Assembly (NCBI GenBank): GCA_011109175.1
Contig: RDEW01000011.1
Span: 992,612-1,056,611 of the forward strand
From: Dicyema japonicum
Taxonomy: Eukaryota; Animalia; Dicyemida
Length of the DNA stretch: 64,000 nucleotides
Reading direction: 5' to 3'
In this document: positions 1 through 11,397 of the stretch, piece after piece
Layout of the letters: each line of letters starts with the position of its first letter
How positions within the stretch are numbered: the first letter of the stretch is position 1
Notes under the pieces: generated by a model
The model's input: only the letters and a program-made list of their open reading frames with translations
Databases searched by the model: none
Told to the model about the DNA's origin: nothing
Translations under genes and position numbers: made by a program

Positions 1-17
1 CTAATATAAATAATTTA

Positions 18-603
18 TTAACCTCCAACTCTTTTCAAAAAATCTGCTTTGTTTATCCCTTGAAGAACTAAAACTTGTCCATCGGATAATATTCTTGCGC
101 TAAAATAATATTACATTATTAACCATCCACTTTCGTCATGTAGTATATCATATTTTCGAGCTTGAACGTCTCCTATTTCTTCTCTCAAAAAATTTTTTAA
201 CAGACATTTTAATATTTTTCCAGTCAAGATCTATTAATATAAATTATCTATACTTCAGCTTCTGGTAGCACTGTTACCGTTAAAATACTATCTTTGTAAT
301 CACAATTTTCTTGACCACGACTAAAAGAGTTAATTGTTGTATTACCTTATTGTTATGGTAAGTTCAGGATTAATATTCTCTTCGGTTATAGTCATAACTT
401 TTTTTAAAGCCTGAACATTAATGACACATATTGACCAATATGACAAAATCTATCTCGTCTCTCTAATAGTTAATAATTAAATTACTGGGAAATTATCAAA
501 TTTCACTCTCATAGGGTATGGTGTGTATTGTTGTAATGCTATAATTATAACATGTAATACAAATCTCTATTATTCCTAACACAATCACTAAAAACCAGAA
601 CAT
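18..603 (-). CDS. Orphan secreted protein, about 147 aa, 7 exons
   Basis: Removing six GT-AG introns of 22-25 nt gives one open frame from ATG 603 to TAA 18 (MFWFLVIVLGIIEISLQQ...FLKRVGG*). The N-terminus is hydrophobic and signal-peptide-like. No family recognised. Confidence 0.7.
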
Positions 604-654
604 TTGAGTTTTACTGAAATTGAGTATTTATATAATTTATTACTTTCTTGGAAT

Positions 655-878
655 TTTTACTGCAAACTAGCATTAATGACTTCCCTAATGAATTTACATA
701 AATGTAGAATCTGAAGTGAATAACTAAGGTAAACTAATTAAAAGGAAAATGCTATCAGCTAATTCCTTTTACTGCAAACTAGCATTAATGACTTCCCTAA
801 TAAATTTACATAAATGTAGAATCTGAAGTGAATAACTAAGGTAAACTAATTAAAAGGAAAATGCTATCAGCTAATTCC
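655..878. repeat. 112-bp tandem duplication, probably an assembly artefact
   Basis: 655-766 and 767-878 differ at one base. Confidence 0.85.
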
Positions 879-879
879 G

Positions 880-1250
880 GCTCGATGAATTGGGTGTACA
901 ACGTGGATAGTGACCGATTTAAGGATCCTTTAAATTTTAAGACGAGCACATTTACAAAGTTCAGCTTTCTTGCCTTAGCAATGATTACGTTTGACACATG
1001 TGTGCTTAATATCATAAAGTTGTCTGATTAACTTTCCCGTGCTGGGGCCACTTTTTGAATAATATGTTAGTTTATCTTAGAGGCAGATCATTTACCCTGC
1101 TGACCGTATCGGATTGTCTATTGCAAGGAATAAAGAAGATATTGGAGAAATGAGTAGGCTTATTGAGCGAATTTTCTTACAAATCGTCATAGTAAACCAG
1201 TTTTCAATTCCAGAGTGGGCAGTTTGACTGAAAGAAAGTTTAGTAGTTGT
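880..1250 (-). mobile_element. Old degenerate repeat, probably a retroelement RLE remnant
   Basis: Aligns by eye with 49140-49480 in the opposite orientation. That copy reads AKFIRLIGPLVERK*DPR, which resembles the CRE C-terminus. Confidence 0.35.
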
Positions 1251-1345
1251 TAATATTTGTGTAGTTAAAAATTATCTTTATTAACGTTTAACTAAATATG
1301 TCACATGGGTTGCTTGATGCCTATGGGCAACCTGTTTTTTTACGT

Positions 1346-1359
1346 GTTTCCATGGTAAC
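1346..1359. promoter_or_regulatory. Candidate RFX X-box
   Basis: GTTTCCATGGTAAC matches the GTTNCCATGGNAAC consensus. No target gene is evident. Confidence 0.3.
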
Positions 1360-1522
1360 AAGCTAGCATTTGCTAAATTTAACAAAAAATTTATTTAATA
1401 TAATAAAAAAAATTATTTTATAAGTCTTGACATTAAGACCGATCTTATTCTTTTATCAGAAAATTCAACCAATAAATACATTCGAAAAATACTTCTACAC
1501 GTGATAGACTATTTCGCAAGTA

Positions 1523-1738
1523 TCAATTTTTGGATTCAAACTTTTTAAGCATCAATGCTGGGTTAGTTCCATGATCTATCGTGATTCGTGCCTTAATTAT
1601 ATACACCAAAATTTTAACATGATCTCCAATTGCATAATTGTACTTACTACAATGTGCACCCATTCGTCTATTCATCCGTCGATAGTACTGGTAGTCTTTT
1701 TTCCTAAAGATGTCGAGGACCTTAGTAAAATGTTCCAC
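1523..1738 (-). mobile_element. Integrase C-terminal remnant (KRBA2/Ginger-like)
   Basis: RRMNRRMGAHCSKYNYAIGDHVKI resembles the region downstream of the rve core. Confidence 0.3.
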
Positions 1739-1760
1739 TTACCCATAAAACCCCTTTAAA

Positions 1761-2045
1761 TCAATTTTTATAAGATTTAAAAAAGATGACTTTTTTACCG
1801 GAGCCGATCTTACTAACCAACTCATCTGCTTGGGGGCCAAGGATTCCTAACGTTTCCACCGCGAATGGAACAAATAGATACTCCTCCGAAATTCTCTGGT
1901 ACTTCATCCTCTTTCGTTCCTCGGCCTGCTTTAAAGCATGTCCTGGGTCTGAAGCAGAAGCAACCAAATTAGACGGGGAATAAGTATCAACACACGTCGC
2001 GTCCCAGATCAGGTTTCGTCCGCGAGAGACTGGTTGGTTCCGAGA
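1761..2045 (-). mobile_element. CRE non-LTR retroelement 3' remnant (RLE)
   Basis: LIWDATCVDT...AEERKRMKY...FVPFAVETLG motif. Confidence 0.8.
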
Positions 2046-2161
2046 ACGTATCTCGTTGGCTATTGTTAGGGGAAATAGCATGGCCATTCAGATGCCTTAA
2101 TTTAATTTTTACATTTAAAAGTGTTCTAATTTTTTTTTTAAATAACAAAATTTTTTTTAGC

Positions 2162-3696
2162 AATTAAACAATCTCTGGTACCTCGATGATGCCACAATTG
2201 GAGGATAGTTCAAAAAAACATACAATTCATTACGTAAAGCGTTACCCGCTTTAAAACATTTGGGCTTGGACATCAATGTTAACAAATCAGAGCTAATAAA
2301 TGTCTCATATCCATACACCGACTTCCTCTCTATCAAGGAGTCTTTTAACGAACTGCTTCCTGGGATCCCGACTGTGCCAGTTGATAAATTATATTTCCTC
2401 GGATGCCCACTCAGCGAAGAAGAACTCAAGAACCATCTACTTTCCAAAAATGAAGAATTAACACGCCTTGCGAAAAGATTGTCATGTCTCGACTCTCACA
2501 CATCTTTCTTCCTGATGAGAAACAACATCGGACTACCCAAGCTTTTATATCTACTCCGATGTTCACCCTGCTACGAACAATATGACATTCTACTTTCAAT
2601 AGACAAGTCTCTCAAGCAAACAGTCGAGTCACTAATTAACGTCCGCTTCGACGAACTTGGTTGGAAACAATGTAAGCTTCCCTCTGGATTTGGGGGTGTC
2701 GGAATGAGATCGGCGCTGGAGGTTGCGTACCCGGCATACCTATCGTCTCTCTCAAGCTGCAGCCATTTGACACGGCAAGTCCTTCATAACACAATTGGAC
2801 TTCGCTGGAATGAGTCATTTGACGAAGCTTGTCGGAAATGGAACGGGTCCGGACTCAAAATCCCCGAAGACACAACAAAGCAAAGTAATTGGGATAACAT
2901 TGTCTGCTCCAAAATTTTGGAAGACCTTAAAAAAGAAGCAAATCAACATCGTCTGGCTTGTTTGGTGTCAGCTTCAAGTAGAGGGAGTGGAGCATGGCTT
3001 GGTGCAATACCTTGCCCAAACCTCGGGACCTTTTTGGACGACGATTCTTTGAGGATTGGAATCGGACAAAGGCTGGGACTAGACGTTTGCCAGGAGCACC
3101 GATGCCGATGCGGGAAAACAGTCGATGCGAAAGGATTGCACCCGCTGTCCTGCAGAAGAAGCGCCGGAAGGGGACCACGTCATGCTGCTCTGAATGATGT
3201 GATCGTCAGAGCTCTGAAGGCTTCAGGCTTCCCAGCACAGCTTGAACCAGTGGGTCTTGATCGAGGAGATGGGAAGAGACCTGACGGGATGACCCTTTTC
3301 CCCTTCACGTCTGGAAGATCTTTGGTCTGGGACGCAACTTGCATAGACACGTTCTCAAGCACGAACATTTTTAAATCTGTTCAGACACCTGGAGCAGCTG
3401 CTTCGACCGCGGAAAACCTAAAAATCAAGAAATATTCTTGCCTCGGGGATCGCTACCGATTTACTCCTGTTGCGACCGAATCATCGGGAGCCGTTGGTCC
3501 AATGACGGCTGAATTCTTGCAAGAACTCGGAGGATTGCTTGCCAGAAAGAAAAGGGATCAACGAGAAGGGTTATGGCTAAGACAAAAGATCGGTATAGCC
3601 ATACTCCGAGGGAACTCGTTCGCAATCCACGCAGCAGGCTTCCTCAACTGACATTTGTTTAATTGTTAAAAAAAATTTTGTTAATTTAAAAAAAAA
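2162..3696 (+). mobile_element. 5'-truncated CRE retrotransposon (RT C-half, zinc knuckle, RLE)
   Basis: WYLDD at 2176 is in frame, across one stop, with the 463-aa ORF 2260-3651. That ORF carries CRCG..HPLSC, RH, KRPDG, WDATC and KIKKY. Poly(A) at 3688-3696. TSD aaaat(t/c)ttttttagc at 2147-2161 and 3697-3711. Confidence 0.92.
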
Positions 3697-4169
3697 AAAA
3701 TCTTTTTTAGCTATAAATATCGTTTCGCTAAATCTCGTGATGTTTATTGATGAACTTACCCAAAACCTGAAAAATTAATTGGAGGCCATTTTGAATGGAG
3801 AAACATTGGAGATATCCTACTTAATGAGTAGTTTTCGCTCCCTGAAAGTGCAGGGAGGATACAAGAATGCACTTTGAACGATGGCCTTACATTCATGAGG
3901 GACACTACCGCCCAGTGGATTGGAGCTATCTCTTAATTCAGACAATAACATACAACTGTAAGTGAGATCTTTGATGCTGAATAAATTCACTACGGCTATT
4001 GGACGACATAATTGTTTGCTGATGCATGTAAAAGAGCAATGTCATTTTCTGTCTGATATTTGAAAAATACGTTGATCGGGTCCGAATCATCCTTATCAGA
4101 GACTTTTATATTATCCACCACTGATTTAGTTATTGTCTTCAAATACGAATAATCTGACGATGTCATTGA

Positions 4170-5230
4170 GGGCTGCATGACGCGGGGCTCGACCAGTACT
4201 TCGCGGCAAGAGAGTGGATGTAAGCCTTTCGTATCAACATTCCCGCCGCAACGGCATTTGCGTCTCTGGCATATGTCCACTCCTAGGCGCAGTGCCACCC
4301 CGATCCTCAGGCTGTTTTCGTTAAGGAGGGTCCCCAGATATGGGCACGGAAGGGCCTCGAGCCAGACTCCATTTCCGCGATATGCGGCCGACTTAATGCT
4401 TGCTAGTCGGTGTTGATTGACAAGCAAAGTTCGACTGAAATTCAAAGCCCAACTCTCCCCACAACTTGTTAACTCTATCAAGCTATGAGTCCAAGGTATG
4501 TCCGATTGCGTTACATAAGACCGCTTGAACCGAGCGACTGCAGCTTGCAAGAAATGAAAAGTAGGAAGGCAAGGGGGGATCTTAACACAATGCCCCAATT
4601 TCTCGCAGGTATTTGCACATTGTCCAGTCTAGATCATCGAATTTGACATTCAGTATTGACTCCGCCGATCGTCTCAGAGTCTCATCAGCCGACGATAGTG
4701 CTCTCTGGTGTTCAAAACATGGTGAACATCTCAAAATGTACATCAACTTCGACATGGAAATACATTTCTTGAGCAATAAAAAAGACTATGTGGATCCAAA
4801 GATCTTGTAAAGGCTTCAACTTCATTATCCTTACTGGTAAGGCAGTTTTCCAGCTCGTCGTTTCCGAGAGGGTAGCCGAGGAAGTGTGCATTGTCCAAAG
4901 AGGATGTACTAAAACATGGAAATTAAGATCTGAATTTTTGGCAGGCAGTAGAAATGTTTGGAGATAAGCAGGAAATATTGATCATTTCCGAATTCACGAC
5001 ATTGACACTTAAACCTAATTGGTTTAGAGCTGGAATGGTTGATTAACTATCCTGATATACATACTTCAAATTCCGTGGGAGTAAAAGCCGGGAAGTTTTG
5101 TAGCATTGTCAAGTTCCGCTGGTTCGGTAATGGAACAAAATACTTCCTCTTAGTAACTCCAAGACTTCTCGGCACGGGTTCAACAGTGATTCGTCACTAG
5201 ATACTACTATTGAAGCAGCGCGAACGTCCC
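4170..5230 (-). mobile_element. Degenerate CRE retroelement fragment
   Basis: SKLMYILRCSPCF, GVWLEALPCPYLGTLL and CRCGGNVDTKGLHPLSC across frameshifts. Confidence 0.82.
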
Positions 5231-5299
5231 CTTCTATGTAGAAATTAAGTTTTCTTTATGACTAGCCCCAATGGCTAACTCCAAATTGTTTGCTAAAAT

Positions 5300-6530
5300 A
5301 ACTAATAAAATTCTCATACTGACAAAAAAAGCCTACACAAAAAGCCTACACTCATGACTAGTTTGGTTCTTTGAATAATCTTGGAAACCACACTTCTATC
5401 TAGCAGATCGGTTCCGAGCGAATGTTGACCATTGGAAGGCTCGTAAGAACTCTCCACTTCCATCTTCCAATTACTTGCAATTGATTTTGTAAACATGCTA
5501 TCAAAAAATAAAATTTTTTGAAGCCATTCAAAGGTTACATCCTTATATTTATAAAACAATTTTATGGAAAACCTCATTAGGAGTAGAAGGGCTGATATTC
5601 AAGGGAAATGACCTCAGTCTTTTCCTACAGTTTGTTATAGAACTTGCAAAGTTAGACGATCTCTATAAAATCTACAACACACACGGCGTTGAAAAAAATC
5701 TTTAGACAATCTATGGATGCTGCCAAACACCTTTTTTTGGTCAAACCAGTTTCTTAATGGGGGAAACATCCAATGGGGTGACCATCTTCCCCTTGAATCG
5801 GGGAATTTGTGCTTCGTATAACTGTGTTCTTTATGGGAGAGAAGATAAACGTCCTTGTCTTCAGGGAGTGTTTTGATCAATTTCGGAGACTTTCAAAAAA
5901 TGTGGCATAAACCCTTCTGGTCAAAATATTTTATTATTCTTGAACTGTGCCGTTGACGGATTGTAGAAACCTACGAGGCCATCATCGATGAAAATTACTT
6001 CTAATTTGTTGGCCACTTCCATTCCACTTTTATTTTGCAGGTTCCTTGTAAATCCATATTTTGAATAGACGTCTATAACTGACAACAATCAAGAAAAATG
6101 ATTTTGATTCTCAAATCTACAATAATAACTAATAAACTTTAAACCTTTTAAGATCAATCAGATCAATTTTTAATCTCTCATTAAGCAAATCAGCAACAAT
6201 ATGACTTACTTTTACAACTTGACGAATAACAGTTCTTTTGATAGCGCAAAATCTCCTACGACAAAGCGCATCCAGAGCGTTATGTCCACAGTGATTTGTC
6301 TGGTGAATCTCTTGAGCAATAGTCATCATTTCTTCTTTACTAGGGTATCACAAGTTTGTGAAGTCATTTAACAGCTTTTCAGATAAAGCTTTTCATCAAC
6401 AACAATAAAATTTTCTTTTTTTTCGGTTCCTCATTTGTTTCGCAATATTCACATCTTCATCATTAAAATAGATTTCAGACGTTGGTACTCGGATAAAACA
6501 ACACTATTCTCCCTTTCTCCTAGATTCGCT
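5300..6530 (-). mobile_element. Decayed rve integrase, KRBA2/SCAND3-like (Ginger2/TDD-type)
   Basis: EIHQTNHCGHNAL (HH), ERLKIDLID, VIDVYSKYGFTRNLQNKSGMEVANKLEVIF, and LQSVNG in place of LQSDNG. Many stops and frameshifts. Confidence 0.7.
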
Positions 6531-6884
6531 CCCGATATTTCGAAATTAGAACTTACTAATTGTTATTATAGGTAATTACAAAGATTTTCTTTAGACTGGA
6601 ATCTTTACCGTCTTTGGGGATATATGCGCCTACCAGGTGAAGGTTGTTGGACATTATTATTTAAGCCAAAGAAACACCGTCTTAACCACTAACTAATATT
6701 CAGGTGATCCCGGCATTTCTCAATAATCGGGCCATTTTTTCTCGATGCTCCGACCGTGATTCCACACATTTTCTATACGGACGGAGGTCTTTTTCTTCTC
6801 CTTATCTGAAATTGTCTCTATGATAGACTCGAGTGTTACAGGTTTTATTTACTTGTTACAAAGTTTTCTTATTTATTTAATAAC

Positions 6885-7179
6885 TATGTCAAAAAATTTA
6901 ATAATTTTGTCAAAATATTTAATAATTCATCAAAATACTTAATAACTTTGTCAAGAGTCAAATTAAAAAACCAATTTTATAATTAATTGAAAAAAACAAC
7001 TGTAAATTAGAATTCTTCATTAGCCAATTCTTTAACTAAATAGATCCGCATGTGGCTATACAAATTATCGCACACATCTGATGGAATTTCTCCGATGTTT
7101 TGGATTGCGTTTATTAATTCCTCAGAGTTTCTACAATTTTTCTTTTTGATGTTATTTTTCCAAACAGAAAAAAACTCTT
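6885..7179 (-). mobile_element. IS630-Tc1 3' end with 21-bp subterminal repeats
   Basis: Near-identical to 8215-8478 (EEFFSVWKNNIKK...EEF*). About three imperfect tcaaaatatttaataattttg units at 6887-6950. Confidence 0.75.
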
Positions 7180-7950
7180 NNNNNNNNNNNNNNNNNNNNN
7201 NNNNNNNNNNNNNNNNNNNNNNNNNNNNNNNNNNNNNNNNNNNNNNNNNNNNNNNNNNNNNNNNNNNNNNNNNNNNNNNNNNNNNNNNNNNNNNNNNNNN
7301 NNNNNNNNNNNNNNNNNNNNNNNNNNNNNNNNNNNNNNNNNNNNNNNNNNNNNNNNNNNNNNNNNNNNNNNNNNNNNNNNNNNNNNNNNNNNNNNNNNNN
7401 NNNNNNNNNNNNNNNNNNNNNNNNNNNNNNNNNNNNNNNNNNNNNNNNNNNNNNNNNNNNNNNNNNNNNNNNNNNNNNNNNNNNNNNNNNNNNNNNNNNN
7501 NNNNNNNNNNNNNNNNNNNNNNNNNNNNNNNNNNNNNNNNNNNNNNNNNNNNNNNNNNNNNNNNNNNNNNNNNNNNNNNNNNNNNNNNNNNNNNNNNNNN
7601 NNNNNNNNNNNNNNNNNNNNNNNNNNNNNNNNNNNNNNNNNNNNNNNNNNNNNNNNNNNNNNNNNNNNNNNNNNNNNNNNNNNNNNNNNNNNNNNNNNNN
7701 NNNNNNNNNNNNNNNNNNNNNNNNNNNNNNNNNNNNNNNNNNNNNNNNNNNNNNNNNNNNNNNNNNNNNNNNNNNNNNNNNNNNNNNNNNNNNNNNNNNN
7801 NNNNNNNNNNNNNNNNNNNNNNNNNNNNNNNNNNNNNNNNNNNNNNNNNNNNNNNNNNNNNNNNNNNNNNNNNNNNNNNNNNNNNNNNNNNNNNNNNNNN
7901 NNNNNNNNNNNNNNNNNNNNNNNNNNNNNNNNNNNNNNNNNNNNNNNNNN
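7180..7950. other. Assembly gap
   Basis: Run of N. Confidence 1.
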
Positions 7951-8200
7951 GACCAGTTCCCATGCAGACACTGCAGTTCCAAAGGCAGAGCGAGCACGCA
8001 GCCCGCTGAGACATCTTTATGCATCCAAGGTGGAAAAAGTCACGGCAAGACGAGCAGAAAAGTCCATATTTGCGTGCATTGGCAAAACCGCATGTAGAGC
8101 ATGTAGTGTCCAGTCTCTCGGGTGTAATGTGTGTTGATCCATTGTATGAACGACGCTCCATGATGATACAATTATTCACAACAAGACCACACGTGATTTT
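7951..8200 (-). mobile_element. 5' end of a CRE-like element with a PHD finger
   Basis: CSTC-x11-CSSC-x4-H-x2-C-x15-W-x-CSVC. The finger and the 5' motif match the start of the CRE at 18926. Confidence 0.75.
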
Positions 8201-8204
8201 CAAA

Positions 8205-9702
8205 ATTTTTCTAATTTAATAATTCATCAAAATATTTAATAACTTTGTCAAGAGTCAAACTAAAAAATTAATTTTATAAGTAATTGAAAAAAACAACTGT
8301 AAATTAGAATTCTTCATTAGCCAATGCTTTAACTAAATAGCTCCGCATGTGGCTATACAAATTATCGCACACATCTGATGGAATTTCTCCGATGTTTTGG
8401 ATTGCGTTTATTAATTCCTCAGAGTTTCTACAATTTTTCTTTTTGATGTTATTTTTCCAAACAGAAAAAAACTCTTCAATTGGATTAAGTTGAGGAGTGT
8501 AAGGAGGCAAAAAATACAATTCATACCTTATCCACGTTAAAAATTAATTGGATACCAGTTCTTAATACATTTTTTAATTGTTCGCTCTTGTGAATTGATG
8601 CATTGTCACGAATAAATAACATGTCTTAAATATAACATATAGCCATACTTTTTTCCCTGCATGTTCAAGTTTATAATTAAGCTGCATTACAAAATCAATG
8701 AACGTCTCCGCGCGATCAGGGGAGGAATTGATTTCGTGATGTAAAAGGCCGTCAACTGAAATAGCAGGATACTTTTTTCCCTGCATGTTCAAGTTTATAA
8801 TTAAGCTGCATTACAAAATCAATGAACGTCTCCGCGCGATCAGGGGAGGAATTGATTTCGTGATGTAAAAGGCCGTCAACTGAAATAGCAGGACGAATAG
8901 AGAAATTTTTTCTCTTATGTTTCTAATACATTTTTTGGGAGTAACTCCTTTTATAGATTTTCCAAATTTGGATCTCATTGAACAATTGACTCCCATTTCG
9001 TCAGTAAAAATAAGCCCCTGATTATCAATTTCAATTATTTTTCTGGCATATCTTTCTTCCATATTTATTGTAGAATTTCTCGCCATAGGTAAAATTGAAT
9101 TTTGTTAAAACTATATCCAAATGTCTCTAGCGTCCTATTTATTGGATAGAGAGACATTTTTTCTTTGCACATTAAATAAAGAATTTTGAAAATTCTTCAG
9201 CGTAAATGAAGCATCTTCTTCAATTCTTTTAGTCAAAAATAAGATGTCCGATGAATTAAGTTTTTTGTTCACAATTATGTCTTGTTGAGGCAAAACTTCC
9301 TGTATTTTTGTATTTTTTGACGATAGAAACAACTGTCTGNGTAAAATTGAATCTTGTTAAAACTATATCCAAATGTCTCTAGCGTCCTATTTATTGGATA
9401 GAGAGACATTTTTTCTTTGCACATTAAATGAAGAATTTTGAAAATTCTTCAGCGTAAATGAAGCATCTTCTTCAATTCTTTTAGTCAAAAATAAGATTTC
9501 CGATGAATTAAGTTTTTTGTTCGCAATTATGTCTTGTTGAGGCAAAACTTCTTGTATTTTTGTATTTTTTGACGATAGAAACAACTGTCTGGTAGTTAAT
9601 ACTGGTGTCTTTGCTTATTTTTGAATAAGCCAACCCTTCTTCATATTTATTTATAATAAGTTTTCGGTTATCCTCGGATACAGTAGTATTTTTGTTTTTC
9701 AA
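8205..9702 (-). mobile_element. IS630-Tc1/mariner transposase, disrupted
   Basis: N-terminal HTH (NRKLIINKYEEGLAYSKIS), IFTDEMG, AISVDG, FLPPYTPQLNPIEEFFS. Internal 124-bp and about 250-bp duplications. Confidence 0.85.
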
Positions 9703-9704
9703 AT

Positions 9705-9990
9705 GGAATTACCATCTTCCCCTTTGAAGTCGAAAAACTTCTTTTCTGGAACGTCACCTGCACCGACACGTTTGCCCTTTGCAACCTACTCCAGAGTGCG
9801 AAGGCCGAGAGGCTAAAACGGGCAAAGTACGTGGTCCTATTCAATGATTTTTTGTTTGTTTCACTTGCCATTGAGACCTCTAGTTCCCGTGCGCCTGTGA
9901 CATTAGAATTCTTGAGTCTTTTAGGGAATCGGATTTCTAAACGATCAGGAGACCCATATGAGTGCTGTTGATTATTTAATGATTCTCGCT
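9705..9990 (+). mobile_element. CRE 3' remnant
   Basis: LFWNVTCTDTFA...AERLKRAKY...LAIETS...GDP. Confidence 0.75.
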
Positions 9991-10164
9991 TGCTTTTTGC
10001 AAAATTTCAGAAATGTCAAGTTTCAAGTTTTTATAAAATGAAAATTAACTAAAAACTGTTATTTTTACTGTATGTAGTTTGTATTGTTTGCATTAGAGTT
10101 ACGTTGATATAATTTCAATTTAATTTTTCAATTCTGGCTTCATTTCTTTATTTGACAAAGTTAG

Positions 10165-11040
10165 TTAGTTAAGTAACCCCAACCTCACTAACTTGTAGGA
10201 GCCAGCAACTATTAAATAGAACGCAGTAGATGTTGGTCGCTCTTATAGATCGGTCAGTCTCGGCATAGTAGTCGAACGTTGTGCTAATTCATGACATTCA
10301 AATTGGTGATTTGTTGTCAACACGTGGAGGTTGCAAAAAGGAGATAGGATATCGTATGTTGGTAAATATTGGTGGTGCCCACATCGTAGACGAACCAGGT
10401 TTACTCGGACGTCCCTCGGAAGAGAAAATTCTGATTGGTCTATTGGAGGAGGGGGCCGATATAGTATTTTATTTTCTCCGAGTCTTCGGATGCTTCTCGT
10501 AGAAACAAAATCGTGTATCTGTTTCAGACGACTCCTGCCATTGGAACTGGAAGGGATGGATGATAGCATTCGAGACAGGTCACTGGTTGTCATAATTTTT
10601 CTTTTGTTTTGCGGTTTTCATTGAGTGGCAGGGATGATCTAGACTGTAGGCTTGGGAGAGGAACTGTAGGGCTCTCATTTCCAGATGGTCTTTAATTGGG
10701 AGAATCTTNGTTTCAGACGACTCCTGCCATTGGAACTGGAAGGGATGGATGATAGAATTCGAGACAGGTCACTGGTTGTCATAATTTTTCTTTTGTTTTG
10801 CGGTTTTCATAGAGTGGCAAAGATGATCTAGACTGTAGGCTTGGGAGAGGAACTGTAGGGCTCTCATTTCCAGATGGTCTTTAATTGGGAGAATCTTTGA
10901 TTCCCAATGTAGATGATCAACCATGTGTCTCCCGTGTATGGTTAGAATTTGACAAAGTAGTATTGCATATTAGGCAATAAGCTTTATCACTAGGATTTTT
11001 ATGTTAAAACTCAAAAACAACAAGAAAGAAATACAAACAT
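10165..11040 (-). mobile_element. 3' part of an APE-RT (I/Jockey-group, Ingi/Vingi-like) element
   Basis: DHLHWESKILPIKDHLEMRALQFL, LVRLRCGHH..CNL..H.FEC, and a (TAAC)n tail. Near-copy of 23830-24225. Confidence 0.8.
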
Positions 11041-11397
11041 CCCAGCTTCAAACATCTCCCAAATTTTTCTTAATTGTTTTGCCAACGACCCAACTTCTTT
11101 TCGGAGGAGCCTTTTTTGAACCTGAAGAAGGATTCTATAGGAGTGCACTTCTTTATGAACGATCTCTACATGTGCCGTCATTTCTCTGAATGGGTTTCCT
11201 AGCTCCTTGCAGACACATAGGACGCCCTGGCCATTTCTCAACGTATCCGTCTTTTAAAGGAGACTGGGGATGGATATGGTGCCTGATTGTGTGTGCCGCA
11301 TGATTGTCTGCCTGAGAGTTTATACCTATGTAAGAGGATTGAATGTCTTTTGATTTTCCAGATTTGAGAATTGGTGTAATTAGTTAATTCTTCATAT

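Noticed and set aside
3720-4140. Ankyrin-like scraps (LLHASANN, APIHWAV) with one intron-like 22-mer
   Set aside because: The frames do not join without stops, and the similarity is too weak.
6600-6830. Possible APE fragment (LHLVGAYIP)
   Set aside because: A single short motif with many stops.
7007-8203. Long ORFs of 285-398 aa across 7180-7950
   Set aside because: They run through N bases and join unrelated PHD and Tc1 pieces.
8647-9590. Tandem duplications inside the Tc1 transposase
   Set aside because: Near-identical copies, one pair split by a single N at 9340, typical of unmerged contig overlaps.
10520-10900. About 190-bp direct repeat
   Set aside because: A single N at 10709 lies between the copies, so it is a scaffolding artefact.
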